DNA of 64,000 nt from Trichoplax adhaerens (lineage: Eukaryota; Animalia; Placozoa): positions 4,546,008 through 4,610,007 of the forward strand of contig NW_002060943.1 of assembly GCF_000150275.1 (NCBI RefSeq), in the 5' to 3' direction. Under the pieces are notes generated by a model. That model was not told the DNA's origin. It worked only from the letters and a program-made list of their open reading frames with translations, and made no database searches. Both the position numbers and the translations under genes were made by a program. Shown piece after piece: positions 38,169 to 52,200 of this stretch. Positions within the stretch are counted from its first letter, which is position 1; every line of letters begins with the position of its first letter.

Positions 38169-41100
38169 ATGTCTGAAAATCATATTTTTGATGATTCTAT
38201 CAGGCCTGAATACTCGTATAGTCAGTATATGGCACCACAATTATACGTTACCATTCCTGAAGAATCGGTTAGCACTTCAGTAGAGCTTTACTTCAAAACT
38301 TGAATTATTATTTAAATAATTTATGAAAATGTCATATAATTCTACTCTTCAGCTGCTAATTGACATATTTGTAAAATGATATTCATTTCTTTTAAAGTTA
38401 AAGCCCACGTTTAAATTCGCCAAACATCTAGGAATTCGTCAAGAGGCGGATAAAAATCTTTCGGCAACGCTTCAGGTATAGACAATCAAGATCCAAATAC
38501 AATAATTAGCCCTACTTAGCACTGAAATTTAATCGCGAATATTCTAGGAAAATCAAATAATAATAGATCACATTTATCAATTTCTTTCAAAAAAGTTACA
38601 TAAAATACTGTAAAATCATTTTTTAAATTTATCAGCTAGTAAATTAATCAAAATACTTACATCTAAAATTTAACACTCAATGTCTACCACTATTTCTATC
38701 TCAACAGTATGAATTGATAGGCTTTTAAATCATAAATTGTGCTATATTTTTCAAATATAAGTAAATCTAGTTTACAATTTTATATGAAATTGCAAAAGTA
38801 TATTGTAGGTAAAGAAGACAACCTAAATTTATTTTTAAACTCGAATTAGATTCAAAATTGGCATGGCCCGGTTAAAATTTACACCATGCTGGCTGAGTCA
38901 TCTACAAGTTCATCTCCATTACCGCATTACAATATGCTTTGCCCTCTAATGAGGGAAAACATGCACACTTTTGACGAAAATGGTCAATTTCGTACTATAC
39001 TTCCAGGAGAAACTGTTAGCGTTATCATCAATTATTACAATGATGCCTCGACTTTAACGCACACGTATGATAATATATCGATATTTAAATCAAGTAAGCT
39101 TTCGAAGCGGTTAATTCTCTAATTTTTCGAATATTGTTACGTAGATTATCCGATCTTGTTGTGGTCAAGCAAGAAAAAGAGAACAAGGAAAATTCACTGA
39201 TTAAAAATTTAAGAACGTTCATGGAGGTTACACGTAAATTGCCATACAATATCCTTGAAGAGAATGTCTTCACTAGACCATGGAGCGTTGCTTCTGGTAA
39301 GGAATTAGTTGATCACAGTTAATATCTTTCTAATTCTACGTGGTATGATCGTTATATTTTTATAACCGTAAAACAACAGCAAAATCCTCAGTTCGTTTCG
39401 AAGTAAATCGAAATGTCAAAGATAATTGATCTGTGCTATTTCAAGCCTCGCACTTCAAAATGGTTGCGAGGATAATTTTATTAAAATAGATTTTTTGTTC
39501 ATTAGTTCTTGCATAACTTAATTAATTCAAGCAGACAAAATGACTAATAGATTGAACTAGCATTATGTAGGAGGCAGTTCAATCAATCAAAGCAAGATTA
39601 ATGATGTACTAATGTTGTGATTATGATGTATAGCTAAATTATATATTAGTAGCTCTCTTTGTTTATTTATATTGCAATATATTTGATTAAGGATTAATAC
39701 ATTTTTTAGTCGTTTAAGCATTATTTACTTATGCTTTTACAGGTACAATGCCGGAAGAATATGTTAATTGCATTGTCAAAAATGAACTCAAAAATTTAGA
39801 AGATGATAAAGCGAAATTAATGTTTTACGTGGAATTCTTAAATGAAAGAATTCAACTTGAACCTGCAACTACGATTATTTGCAGCCAAACATTTCAAGAT
39901 AGTAAGGCAATTACGTTTATCTGTAACTAGAAACGTTATTAATTATGCTATTTATTCTGACTTATTTTAAAATGTAGAACTCATTTTCGACGATTAATTA
40001 AATAAATAATAAAAATCAGCTATTACATAGGTAAATTGAAAACTCTAATCATCCACATTAATTCGCACAGGTAGTGTAAAATGGCGCTTAGCTCGAATCT
40101 CTCCTGATAATGGTCTGTCTACAAATTTCACAAAAGTGATGATTGCCCTTGAAGGAAAATTCAATATAGACAATAACAAACCAGAAGTATTTATAGTTGA
40201 TCCTGGTAAATATATTTTACCTGTTCTATTTATCGTGCGTAACTCACGCACCATGCATGCATACTCATAGAAAATTCTATTAAATCACTTCAAATGTCCC
40301 CTTTCTAGCTATTACTTTATTTCAGTAACATGATCTCAGTTTAGCTAGAGCACTGCAGTTACTTATAATACAGACCGCTTTTTGCATAATAACTAATTAT
40401 ATTATAATTAATTAGTTTATTACTTTCTCTAGCAACAGATTATGTTCTCAAGAAGATTCCTTTCGAACAAATTAATATCATTCATGAGGTAAAGCCAGAA
40501 ATTACTTTAAGTTACAAAATACGAGAATATTCAAATCGTGATATATAAATTGGCTATATTATCAATTAAGTAGACTTATTGATATTAACTTAAAAACTAC
40601 CGGTAATAATCGTAAAATTAAATTAAACTAAATCATTTTTAGATAATTAAAATACTTCTTAAAATTTTCGGATAGCTAACTTTCTCTTATTTTCATAGTC
40701 CGTTGAAATAATTACTTCATACCTGATTTTTATTGCATATTATTAGAATTGTATTACTATTATGATGCATCCACTTCATGATTCGATATTGCCCAAGCGA
40801 GTTTGGATTAAGCTACGGTCCACAAAAAATTTAACTTTAGAAAGTAATTACTTGCAATTTACCTACTTTGGATCGACAATGATCGATACTGAGAGATCTA
40901 CTATACAGCGTAAGTAGTAACATGCAAATCTGTTTACACTCCTTATCATTTTGAAACTGTATAAAAATAAAAGCTATAATATTCATAATAATGGAAAACA
41001 GCTACTAATTACTTGATGAATTGTATAAATAAATAATTCATAAAGTGCACGTAATTCGAAAATTTGAAAAGAAATTAAATTTAAATTAAAATCAGAATAA

Positions 41101-44100
41101 TAACCTACTTGACTAAACTTACGATTTCTATATCTTAGAATACATTTGGAACAGCGAAATTGGCCTGCCGCAATTTCATCAATTTTATGAAGCAAATCAG
41201 CATATGGATTATTCCTCTTCGAACGTGAGAATGATGAATAATTTCGGCAGTGATTCTAATAACAATTTCCAAAGTATGAGTGAAGATCCGAATCTTAGAT
41301 CAGGTACATACTCCAACTCAATATATTGTTAGCAGATCTAGCAACTTTATATGCTCTATTAGTCAATCATTAATAACCAAAGATAACTGGTATCTTTTTT
41401 ATCATCTTACATGATAACTGCAATTGCCAATAATTAATTTATTGCATTATACAATTATTTTCTCCATTAATCCAAACACAAGACGTTATATCTTTAATTT
41501 TCTTCATGCTCTGCATTAATTTATAACAATTACATTGCATTTTTCGATAACGATATCAACTTTAATACTGGTTCATAGTTCAACAAAAAATTAAAGACTT
41601 GAAAGTTAGTAAGTCACAGGATAAAGATAATAATTTTAACAGTGGCTCCGGCAGTGCATATCATTCCAGCCTTCACGGTAATTCAGGAAATCAATCTAAA
41701 GGTAAGTTGTAACCGTTCGTATTCTGATAGTTTTATTTGGAAATAGTTGGCAATAGTACTAGATTAAGATAAGTATCCTAGTATTTATGAAACCTTTGCT
41801 CTTCAGTATCTACTATCTTTCATACAATGAGCGATAATAATCCTGGCTATACGCGTAGCATTAATTAAATCTATTTTAAACTTTATATTAGTTCAAGATA
41901 GTATGAAAGATGAAAAAATGATTAATCAACAGCAAGAATCTGCCAATAAGGACAGTGCCTATGTAAGTGAATTCGATCCCACGACCTCATCAAACTGTTC
42001 AGTTGTTCAACCTGAAGGTACGTCATAAAAGTATTCTGCTATTTTCGTTACGAGTAGTAGTAACAAAATCTTTTTTAATCTGCATAATAGTTCGAGATGG
42101 AATGGAATACAAAAAAATAACTAATCTACAGAACAACTACAATAATGTTGACAGTGCCTATGGTAGTGAATGGGATCCCGCGGCCTCATTAAGCCATGCA
42201 GAAGTTCAGTCTAGAGGTAGGTCATAAATGTATTCTACTATTTTCATTAAGGAATTGTTAGGATCATTACTAAAATTGAATAGATTCTCTAGTATTTATG
42301 AAACTTTTGCATGGTAATCTCTACTATCTTTGCAGGCAAGCAGTATACCTCAAATCTTGAAGAAAGTAGCGCACGTGCCTTAGATTGTAGCACTGATAGC
42401 AGTAACGATATTAAAAGGTGCTCCAATACCAATCAGAAAAGTAATACCACATCGAAAATTCAAAGTGAGAAATTCCAGTCTTTCGATGACTAATAAGATC
42501 ATGAATTAATTAATTGCTATATATGTATTTTAAACCATCACATAGTACTAATTCATCTACTGTATTATTTAAGACGAAACGTATTCATTTCGATTATTTC
42601 ACTTTTGATAGCCTTGAATACGAACAAGTTTGTCAATCGGGAAAACATTTCACTGCGTCATATGGCTTTGCAACAGAGAAAGAGGACTTTCCTAAATGCG
42701 GCAATGTTACTAGATTTTGCAAAAACTAACGATATTGAGAAAATTATAACAGCTAATTTGCGTTATTGTGCCGTAAAAGATAAAAATGGCAATACGTAAG
42801 TACTTTAGCTAACTTGCATTATTAACGAACTATATAAGATCTTGGAGAATAAGCTATAGCTAATTTATTATCACTTTAAGAAAAACCGTAAATCCTCACT
42901 ATGCTGATTAATCTTGTCTTGCAGCAAGTATACAATGCTAACGAATTTATTTCTATAACAGCCCACTTCACATAGCTATTATAAATCATAATGAAGATTT
43001 AGCAATCCGCTTTATTCAATGCATGAAGAAACAACCAAATCTTTTCAACATACGAAATAACATCTACCAGGTATACGGCAGTTTCTAAATTTTAAATTAG
43101 TATGCATACTTAAAGGAAATGTACCAACTAATGGAATGGAATGTTATGGAATTGCTCATGCATCTGTCATCACCTTTAATAGACACCATTACATTTAGCG
43201 GCAAATATGGGCAAAAGTAAAATTGCTCTTCAGCTTGTCTGTGCTGGAGCCTGCGTATATTTGTGTGATCGTAATGGTGATACCCCTCTCCATATTGCAT
43301 GTCGGCGCGGAGAACTTGAATGTGTAAGAGTGTTGCTACAGCGAACCAAAAGCGAGCAAGGGAGAATAATTCTGTCCTATCCCGAATATGAAGAATATAA
43401 TCGCGGAGGTAAATAGTAGATTAATGATCGCATCAATAGTGATAGCTACAAATTGGATTAAAAGTTATAACTATTAGATACTCTAAGATGTCACCTTAAT
43501 AACCTAATATTTACAATATAGGGAATACACCACTTCATTTAGCTATAAAAAGCGGAAGTGCAGCAATTATTAAATTATTTCGTGACGAATATGGATTTAG
43601 GCTAAATATCAAGGTAGGTTGTAAAATTTCTATTAATTTTATGGTAAATCAAAAAATTGCTCATATTCGACATAAGCTAACATTAAGTAAATAAATTTTG
43701 TTATATTCTTTCAATGTAGGAAAAAAATTTCGGGAATTCACCATTGCATCTAGCTGTTATGTGTGATAGTAAGCCTATTGCCCAACAATTAATCAAGGTA
43801 AATTTATAGAGGATAATAAACAATGCATGAAGTTAATTATTAAAGAAATATTTCAACTTTCATTAGTACTTAATTTATTAATATTACTGTTCTTCTACGA
43901 TGGCAAGGCTGGGGCAGACGTTAACATAAAAAATTGCCGTGGAAACACTCCACTTCATGTTGCCTCATTTTTGAATTTGCAAGATATGATTTATTTGTTA
44001 ATTGAACATCATGCTGATGTCTCTATTGCTAACAACGAAATGGAGAAACCGATTAAGCTTTGTTCTGAAGACTTGGTAAGCGATTAGTTAAGTAGTTAAG

Positions 44101-44315
44101 TCATGGTTATACATGTGGAATATGTAAAGATGATCTATTCTAACAATTTAACATAATTAATTTGTAGTTTTTGCAGTACCTTTTCCAATATATTCACAAA
44201 CGCAATCATAATCCAGTAAACAATAACTAATAATTCTTTAAAATTTGTTTCTTTAATGCAGAGTGATGAACTTAGAATCTTAAATGAGCAATCAAACAGT
44301 ACGATGGTATTTTAA
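38169..44315 (+). CDS. NFKB: Divergent NF-kB p100/p105-like protein: degenerate RHD + IPT + Ser/Asn linker with degrons + 6 ankyrin repeats
   Basis: RHD exons: ..APQLYVTIPEES (38169-38267), LKPTFKFAKHLGIRQEADKNLSATLQ (38398-38475), IQNWHGPVKIYTML..PHYNML (cf. p50 ICNYVGPAKVIVQL..HAHSL), DKAKLMFYVEF..ICSQTFQDS. IPT: WRLARISPDNG..IIHENCITIMMHP..VWIKLRS..ESNYLQFTY. The p105-type pre-ankyrin helix AMLLDFAKTNDIEKII..AVKDKNGNT resembles ALFDYAVTGDVKML..AVQDENGD. Six (T/S)PLHxA ankyrin repeats lie at ~42790-44075. The last exon is uncertain (stop at 44230 or 44315). Confidence 0.85.
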
Positions 44316-47300
44316 TTAAATTTAAATGTACGGGTGGCTGACCGTAACCAATAGCTAATGCCTTCGGCCCTTTGAATTTTTTACAACATTAAGATCTATA
44401 CTTTAGATCTAACTTTCAATCAATCAAGAATAGTTGAATATAATATCATTACTTAGGTTGTATAACTAAAGTAAGTTTAAAAATGACTATAATGTATCAC
44501 CTCAATAGTAATGCTAATATGATCACAGAAATTTTCTATAAGTATATCTAAATAGCTTAATAAACTTTCAGAAGGACTAATTATGTAGGCTCGCTAGTTT
44601 AAATCGAAAGAAAGTGAGTATGGGCACTACGGTATATAAGTGAATAATACAGCACCATTAGCGTTGTATTAAGTAATAGAGTAAATATCAGATAGTTTTT
44701 GCGAAGTCATGAAATGTATACTTTATTTATTCGAAAAAAATTTTATAAATTTATATAATGTATTATCTTTCACTGTGTACTTTTACAATTCCAGTATTCT
44801 TTACACGTCAGCGTAAAAATAATAAAAAGTTATCAATTTTTCACATTAAAATACTCCTCTGCTTCTGCATCTAATGTACACTTATTTTAAATGGGCATAA
44901 CTCCTTACTAATCTATAATTTCATATTGGGTTTTTTTATTAAACTACAATGAAATTGTATCTCGTGTCTTATTCATAGACCTAATACATAAATTTCTACC
45001 TATTTCAAGCTACTAAAGTCTTTATTAGTCCTTACTATCAAGAAACCCGGATATTTAAGCTCAAATTTAATCGTAATTTACATGTATTCATTGCGATGAA
45101 AACAAAGCATCTTTCCAACAAACGCTACAGTAAACATTTAAGAGCAAGATCAGAAAGAATAAAGCATGCAGTTATAGAATTTTATTAGTTTAGGATTGTC
45201 CTTAGCTAGTTTGTCGGACGATCTGTAAAGAGAGCTAAGTCTCTCTATGATAAATTTTTGTAATTGTGATAAACCTGGCTTGATATAGAAGTTACATATC
45301 TAGCTAATGCAACATTACATTCTTGAATCTAATTGTTCTCGTTCGCTCAGTTTTACGTCAATACACCGATATTTCGTAATGTGATTGATAATCTAGAAAG
45401 TTATATTTCGTAATACTTTACATATCGAAATATTCCTTGCGATCGTGAATTTTTCTCAATAATATGCGTATCAAATTTAATATAATTTCGATTAGCATTG
45501 GAATACTGGCTTAATATAGGTATTGCTAACCGTATTATAACTTGCAATTTAATGCAAAATTGAAGTCGTTCACGCATTATAGTATTTTATGCTGTCAGAT
45601 GCTGCACCTAAGTCATTTTGCTGATGTAATTCCTTCTTCTGAATAAGATAGGTAGCCCATTAAAAAATATTAGACGAATATAATGTAAGGGAGAATTGTA
45701 ATTTAATAGTTCTCTAATCGGATAATTAATTATTAATGTTAACAGCCGGATTTAGAATTAGTTTAAATAATACTGGATAGTAGTCGCGAATTTAAGCTAT
45801 CTACTTTAGGAAGTTAATCACCTTATAAATTGCAGTCAATATAATCAGCAGCTTGGTTACTAACTATGAATATCTTTTATTTATTGAATAGAAGGTACTG
45901 TTTCCGCATTGCATTAGAATTCGGTGTCAAATTTAGTTTGAAGTCATACATTCTAACTAGTCATTTCATTGTGTGTTACTTTCCAACGTAACAATCGAAA
46001 AGTGAACGTGGGTCTCAGCAATAGCCTAGCTATTACAACACAATAATGAACTCGCAAACGACCTGTAGCGAAAATCCCCGTTTATTTTACAATCCAAGCG
46101 CATTTATATTCATCGAATACATACTGTACAGTATTGGTTCTACCGTTCGTAAAGATACGCAATACGCCTACGGTTCAGAATACAAACGTCACCAACAAAC
46201 ATCCGGTACATTCTGAACTTGCGTTCGTACTGTACCATTATTATACACATTTCTCCATATTCAATTAGTCATTGCCAGCAGCATATAGAACTTATATATT
46301 ACAAACGTAACATTATGCTATTTTCGAAATTAGGCAATGAATCGAAATTCTATCCTATATTTTCTTATTAAGTTGAAGTGATTTTATCGGTGTCCTCGCA
46401 AGGGTTTTGATAATAAAAAAGTAATACGAGATAATTATAGCTATAAATTTCAGAAAAATGGGAAAAAATTCTTATATATGATTGTCGATATAAAAATTTA
46501 ACTTACTCGACGAAATATGAATGCAATGCGTAGAAGCTCGAATTAATGAATGAAATATATGAATTAGCAATTTTTTAGGTTATAATCTAGTGCCTTAATT
46601 CAAGATATTTCATTGTACAAGTTATAGAATTTGTAAAATTCTATAACTTGCGTTTAACTAGATTTTATTTAAAATTAAAATATTTGTATTAGGATGGTGT
46701 CTATATCTTCCTCGGGGTAATACTACTTAATGAAAATATCCAAGTGTTATTCCATTATTTATTAAACTTTGGAAATTCGTTATTTCCAGGAAAAGTCACT
46801 AATAAACAAATGAGAATCATAACTAACTAGAATAAATAAACAGCACGAAATTTAGCAAATTAAACGAGAAATTTACCAGTCATCAAATTCACCGCGATAA
46901 CTATTATACGTAATTACTTTTACCTAATTTATAATATAGATACATTATTAATAGAAACCCTTTTGTCAACAATTCAGTGTTGATATCTTCCATGTTATTA
47001 ATGCAGTTCTTGACTTAAGATTTCTACTGCAAGGTCAAAATAGGCTTTTGTAATAGTTAGTAATATATTATTATGTAGAGTGATAACTTTTTTCTCTGTT
47101 AATTTATCCTATCTTAATCGAATTTGAAGATAAATGGCCTAATATTTCGTTAGATGAAGCATAATATTATAGGTACAGATTGGCTTGTAGCTATCTTATA
47201 AAGTAAAATCTGCTTTCAATTAACAAGGATAGTTCAGTTAACCCTAGATTACGTTGTGCTGGACTAAAAGACTAAGATCTTAACAGTGATACACGGTAAA

Positions 47301-49265
47301 ATGAAATGAAAAGGTGTGGGTTATGACTTTCGTCTTAGCATTGATTCAGTAGTGATCGGTATATTTCATCTGCATTAACGGCTTGCGTTAAATTAAGTAC
47401 GAGGATTTATTAACAAAAAGTAAATGTATTTAGAAAATGTCTTCTAAAATCGATAACGATTTTAGTAAACTAACTTTTACAAAGATCAATAGTAGCGACG
47501 AAATAATCATGTGCTACGTAGTGTCGCATCTTAATGATATGATAGCGAGGGAAAAGTGCTCCTAAATGCAATAGTTGTTACTTCTTCACATTTTATCTAT
47601 TACTATTGAGACTTCTGGGTCATAAATAAGTAAGATTTACATCATAGAAATTTATATAGGGTGGTAGAGGTAGTTATGTGCCAGCTATAAAACGAATTAA
47701 ACTTAAAAAGTGGGAAAGAAATATTTTTCGGAATAATCAATTTCAACAGCCGCCAAGCTACTTTATGCTCGTGTTTGACTAACATTAATGTATCTTTCGC
47801 GTTATCATCAGAGTTAACTGGCGTCTTTAAATTCCAGTCTCTCCTGTAGGCATAATATCATCCTTTAGGTAAAGCTCTTATTACTGAAATTAAAATTATT
47901 ATATCTTAAACTTTTCTATAGATTGTACCGGTATTCAGAAAGTACCAATATACTGTATATAGAAAAGTAATTATGAAACAGTTTTCTTGCTACTGATTTA
48001 ATTATGATTACAGTACACTGGTTCAATTAACTTAGTTAATACAAATGTTGTAACAAGCATATGGACATTTCCTATCTGATATAATTATATAATATTCAAA
48101 GCGAACTATCTTGGCTTAAAATTACAGCCTATATTTCTTCCATTACTAATTTTACAAATAATTAACTTATATATGTACTCTAATCGTATCAGCAGTATGT
48201 TATCTAGCAGCTGAGCAATAACCAATTTGCTATTATTATGAGCTAGATACTGCTTAGAATGTCGCAAATTTCTTCAATAGCCACAAATTTCGCAAGCGAA
48301 TTCACATAATCAGCAAAGAAATATATTTGGGCATTTCGCAAATTAACTAGGCATTTCGCGAATTGGCTGGATTTCGTACTTGGACGGTAACAACCACACT
48401 ACCTTTGCGTTTTAATTTTTAAAATTTTAAAATATTTTTTCGTACTATCTCGTATACCGTGTTATGCATTGTAGTCATAAATGCATCAATGACGTAATAC
48501 GAAATATACGTGGATATGTAAGCAAAAATGTATCGAATTTGTCAGAGATGAATATATGAATCATAGCTTACGCCTCAGCACTTTTTGGAAGGTAAAAGAG
48601 ATGGACTAGAAGCATAATGATCTAAACCCAATTAAGTTAGTTTATTTATTTTAATGAGATTAATGCAGAAACTTATCAGCCATATCGTTTTGGACTAAAA
48701 TAACTACAATGAAACTTAAATTTTGTAAAAGCCAAGAAAAAAGGTTCTAAAATGCAAAATTGGTAGCAACATATTAAAGCACAGAAAATGTATTATTTTC
48801 CTTAATTTCTAGTCAAAGAACGTGTGAGTATCTCTGTTTTTATATGTGCTTACCTTATTCAAAATGGGGAAGAAGATTTTCATGAATATATACGTAAATA
48901 AAATTACTCACATAAATTAGCTAAAGGTAAATTACTATTATATAAGTTCATAAACAGTATTATTCATCAGTGAGCAAAAAGAAGAAATACTGCAATATCG
49001 CTGATCCGTCAGGTCTAATGTAAATAACTCATCAATATATGTAAATTATAGTCGGAGGGGGCACTTTTAACTAAGTGAACTAATTATTGTGGAATTAGAC
49101 ATATCCTATAAATGACCACACATCTATAATTTTCTCGTTTACATTGCCATCGATAAATCAAATATTAGACTAATTTTGATATTATTTTATATACTGCTTG
49201 TACGATATCTAGATTTAGATTTATTTTTGTCAAAAACGATAGACTACGTACCGTAATAAAAGGTA

Positions 49266-52200
49266 ATGAACAACTTGCAGAATTTTGAAATATCCATAGT
49301 TAAAGAACCGTGGGTAAGTAATAAATTTTATTTTATAAGGTTACTTTTTTAATGTAACTGAAGCAATAGCAGCTTCTTGATAGTAAAGACAAGTACATCA
49401 GTGTAAAATAGATTTTTAAGGTGAATACTTACAACTCCATATTTTTATGAAATAAAGAAAGTTATTAACAATTGCAAAATATGACAACTCTGTTTTTCAT
49501 ATAAAATTCGCGTTATTTTTATCTACTATAGATTATCCAAAGACCACGCTATAGCACGGAAGTTGCAAATGCCACACATGGTCCCATTAAAGGCACGCCA
49601 ATTATCCAGGTACCACACATTATTTCTATTACATTATGTATGTTGTTATACTTTATTTGCTGTTTTACGGTAGAAGCAGTTCAAATTGTTGTAATTTTAA
49701 TATCAATTAGTGTGTTAAAGTCATAGTTTTCATTTCTACTACTATGTATTGCAACATATTCATAAAGATTTTTACTTAAGCTATCCTGATGGGCATGATC
49801 AAATTACATGATAATCTCTTTCGCTGGCTTATTTTAGTATCATGGTATACGAATTTTTTTGGATATTTCCCTGCTATAAATTTTAATTAAGTTAAAATAG
49901 CAAGAGGGAAAACAGAGGTGTGATTCCTTATCGTTTAGACAGATCTGACTAATCTATGCTGATACTGAGTCTTTTACTGAAATCAAAAGTGCAATCTTAA
50001 CGTGGGCCTTATTGAGGGCCTGAATTAGTCATCTAGCACATACAGTATAATAGTGCTCTCTGTCAAGACTGCAAAGCTATCTCTCTTCATTTTCAAAGTC
50101 AATAATATTTATACTCAAATAACATAAATACCTATCTTTATGCTCGTCCTATACATATGGTGAGCGAAATGCAAATCTTATCTGTACTCATGTAAAATTT
50201 TTCTACCTTATGGTAGTATATCGATTTACTTGACTCTGGAGCTGGTTATTAAAAATCTCCTGAAGCAATCAATGCAGCATATTTACGTACCTGGAATAGA
50301 TTGGATGAGAATCAGTATGCCTGAAATAATTCTACAGTTTACATTTGCTTATAAGAATCAAAAATATTAGTAAAATTTGCATCTATTCGACTCATTAAAT
50401 ACATAATTTCATTCTAAGTTCGCTACAGTACGTAACGTTTACCGTCTAGACCAATCAAGCTATCGAAATGAGATTTACGAACGACTTAAAATTATCCTAC
50501 TGCTAATTGATTTATTCTACTACTTAACTACATCGTCCCTTGCATACTAGGTAGAGCAGTTAGTGGTATTAGACTTCGGTTTATCACTCTAAGGTATTCT
50601 AAATTAGACTATTAATTGATTCGATGTGCTAAGATAAAACCTGCCCTAGATTCTCAAACTTACTAAATTTATGATAATCCTCAATCAATTGAATCCCACC
50701 CAACCACCAAAACGAGCAGCGCGGGGGTATTTATACTACTTTTAGCCGACTGTGATTATGGGTTCATTTCAATAAGTCAGTGTATAAGATTCTTACAGTA
50801 CTTTTTACCTCAAGATTTCTTCATATAAAACGAATAGCTCTAAGGTAGTAATTTCTGCTGAGTACTGATTTTTAAAATAGTATTCGTTATATCACTAAGG
50901 GTGACCACTGGGCCTTTCAATTCTGATTTGATGTAATATTCAGATGAAAATTGAATAAACATAGAATCTTTATAGAGTTTTCTACACGGCCATTTTGACT
51001 GTTACATTTTCTTATAACGGTTGTTATTGACAGAGCAAGCGATCCTTAGACACGTTATAATGATTGGTATAGAATTGACCACAGTACTAAGGACATTGTA
51101 CCGCACAGTAGATATCTTACAGTACCTGCTAATCTTAACTTGGTTTGTCCATCAACGGGCAGTACATTAATTATCATAATGTGCTTTGGACAATTAACTA
51201 ATCTTAATATAGCATTTCATCGGTGAAAGCATTATTGAAAAGTAGTATTCTGGAAGCATAACTGTGATATAGTAGTCCCTGGCTATTAACGGGATATACA
51301 TAATGTCGAATGGTAATACTATCTGTTAATTATTAACAAATGGGTACATTTTCGTAAACCGTCAGCAAAGCGACGTGAGTTTGTACTAGTTGTATATTAA
51401 AGGAGGAAATGCCTACAATCTCCCTTGATATTTTTTGTGCATATACGGCAATATGGGATATGATACAGTACAACATACGAATGAAATTGTGAGAACTCAG
51501 ACCTAAACGCGCAACCAACATGGTTTAACTATCAATTACGTCTATTTACTGCATACAGCTGTCACAGTACGAAGTACCGTAAAGAATTCTATGTCAAAAC
51601 TTAGTGAATTTTGCAATACATCAATAATATTCTAATCAGCATTATAGAGTTATCGGATGTTAATAAAATGTTGTCAAATTATGCAAAGTAAACTAGCAAA
51701 TGAGTGTTCAATCATAATATTACTACTCAGCAATGGTTAATATAATTTTAATCTGTCCAGTAGCATTATTCTTCACATTAGGATATGTACAGTGTAGAGC
51801 AGATATTATAATTGCCGAATTACTATCAAAGACTGTAATAAGGTTTCATCCGTGAATGTATTATTGAAAAGTAGTATTCTACAAAGTACAGTACTTTTGT
51901 ACAGCATACAGTACACGGATACACGGTAAAAAGTTACTGAACCTCTGACAGGTCTATCAAATGGTAATACTATCTGTTAAATGAGCACATTATCGTAAAC
52001 CGTCAGCAAAGCGACGGGAGTTTGCACTAGTGATTATAATTTTAACGATAAACAATTATATAATTATAGATGATAGTGTAAATGATTCTCTAATTGGATA
52101 TACTTTAGTCTAGTCATTTATAATTAGTTAATAGATATTCTGAACTATAAATTTCTCTGTCTTAATTTAGCTATTAAGCTAGATGTAACCGTTAGAATCT

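Noticed and set aside
41963-41968. Perfect GTAAGT donor-like hexamer inside the DSAYVS codons
   Set aside because: Its use would be phase 0 into phase-1 exons, causing a frameshift. Homology with the next exon continues past it.
42514-42729. Alternative frame LEYEQVCQSGKHFTASYGF in the pre-ankyrin exon
   Set aside because: It ends in a stop. The other frame matches the p105 pre-ankyrin helix and continues into ankyrin 1.
42605-44315. Ankyrin region as a stand-alone IkB gene
   Set aside because: A continuous chain of phase-compatible exons links IPT to the ankyrins, and the p105-type helix is present. A separate internal transcript cannot be fully excluded.
47438-47563. Short ORF MSSKIDNDFSKL... 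upstream of RHD paralog 1
   Set aside because: About 42 codons with no homology; paralog 1 has its own ATG preceded by an in-frame stop.
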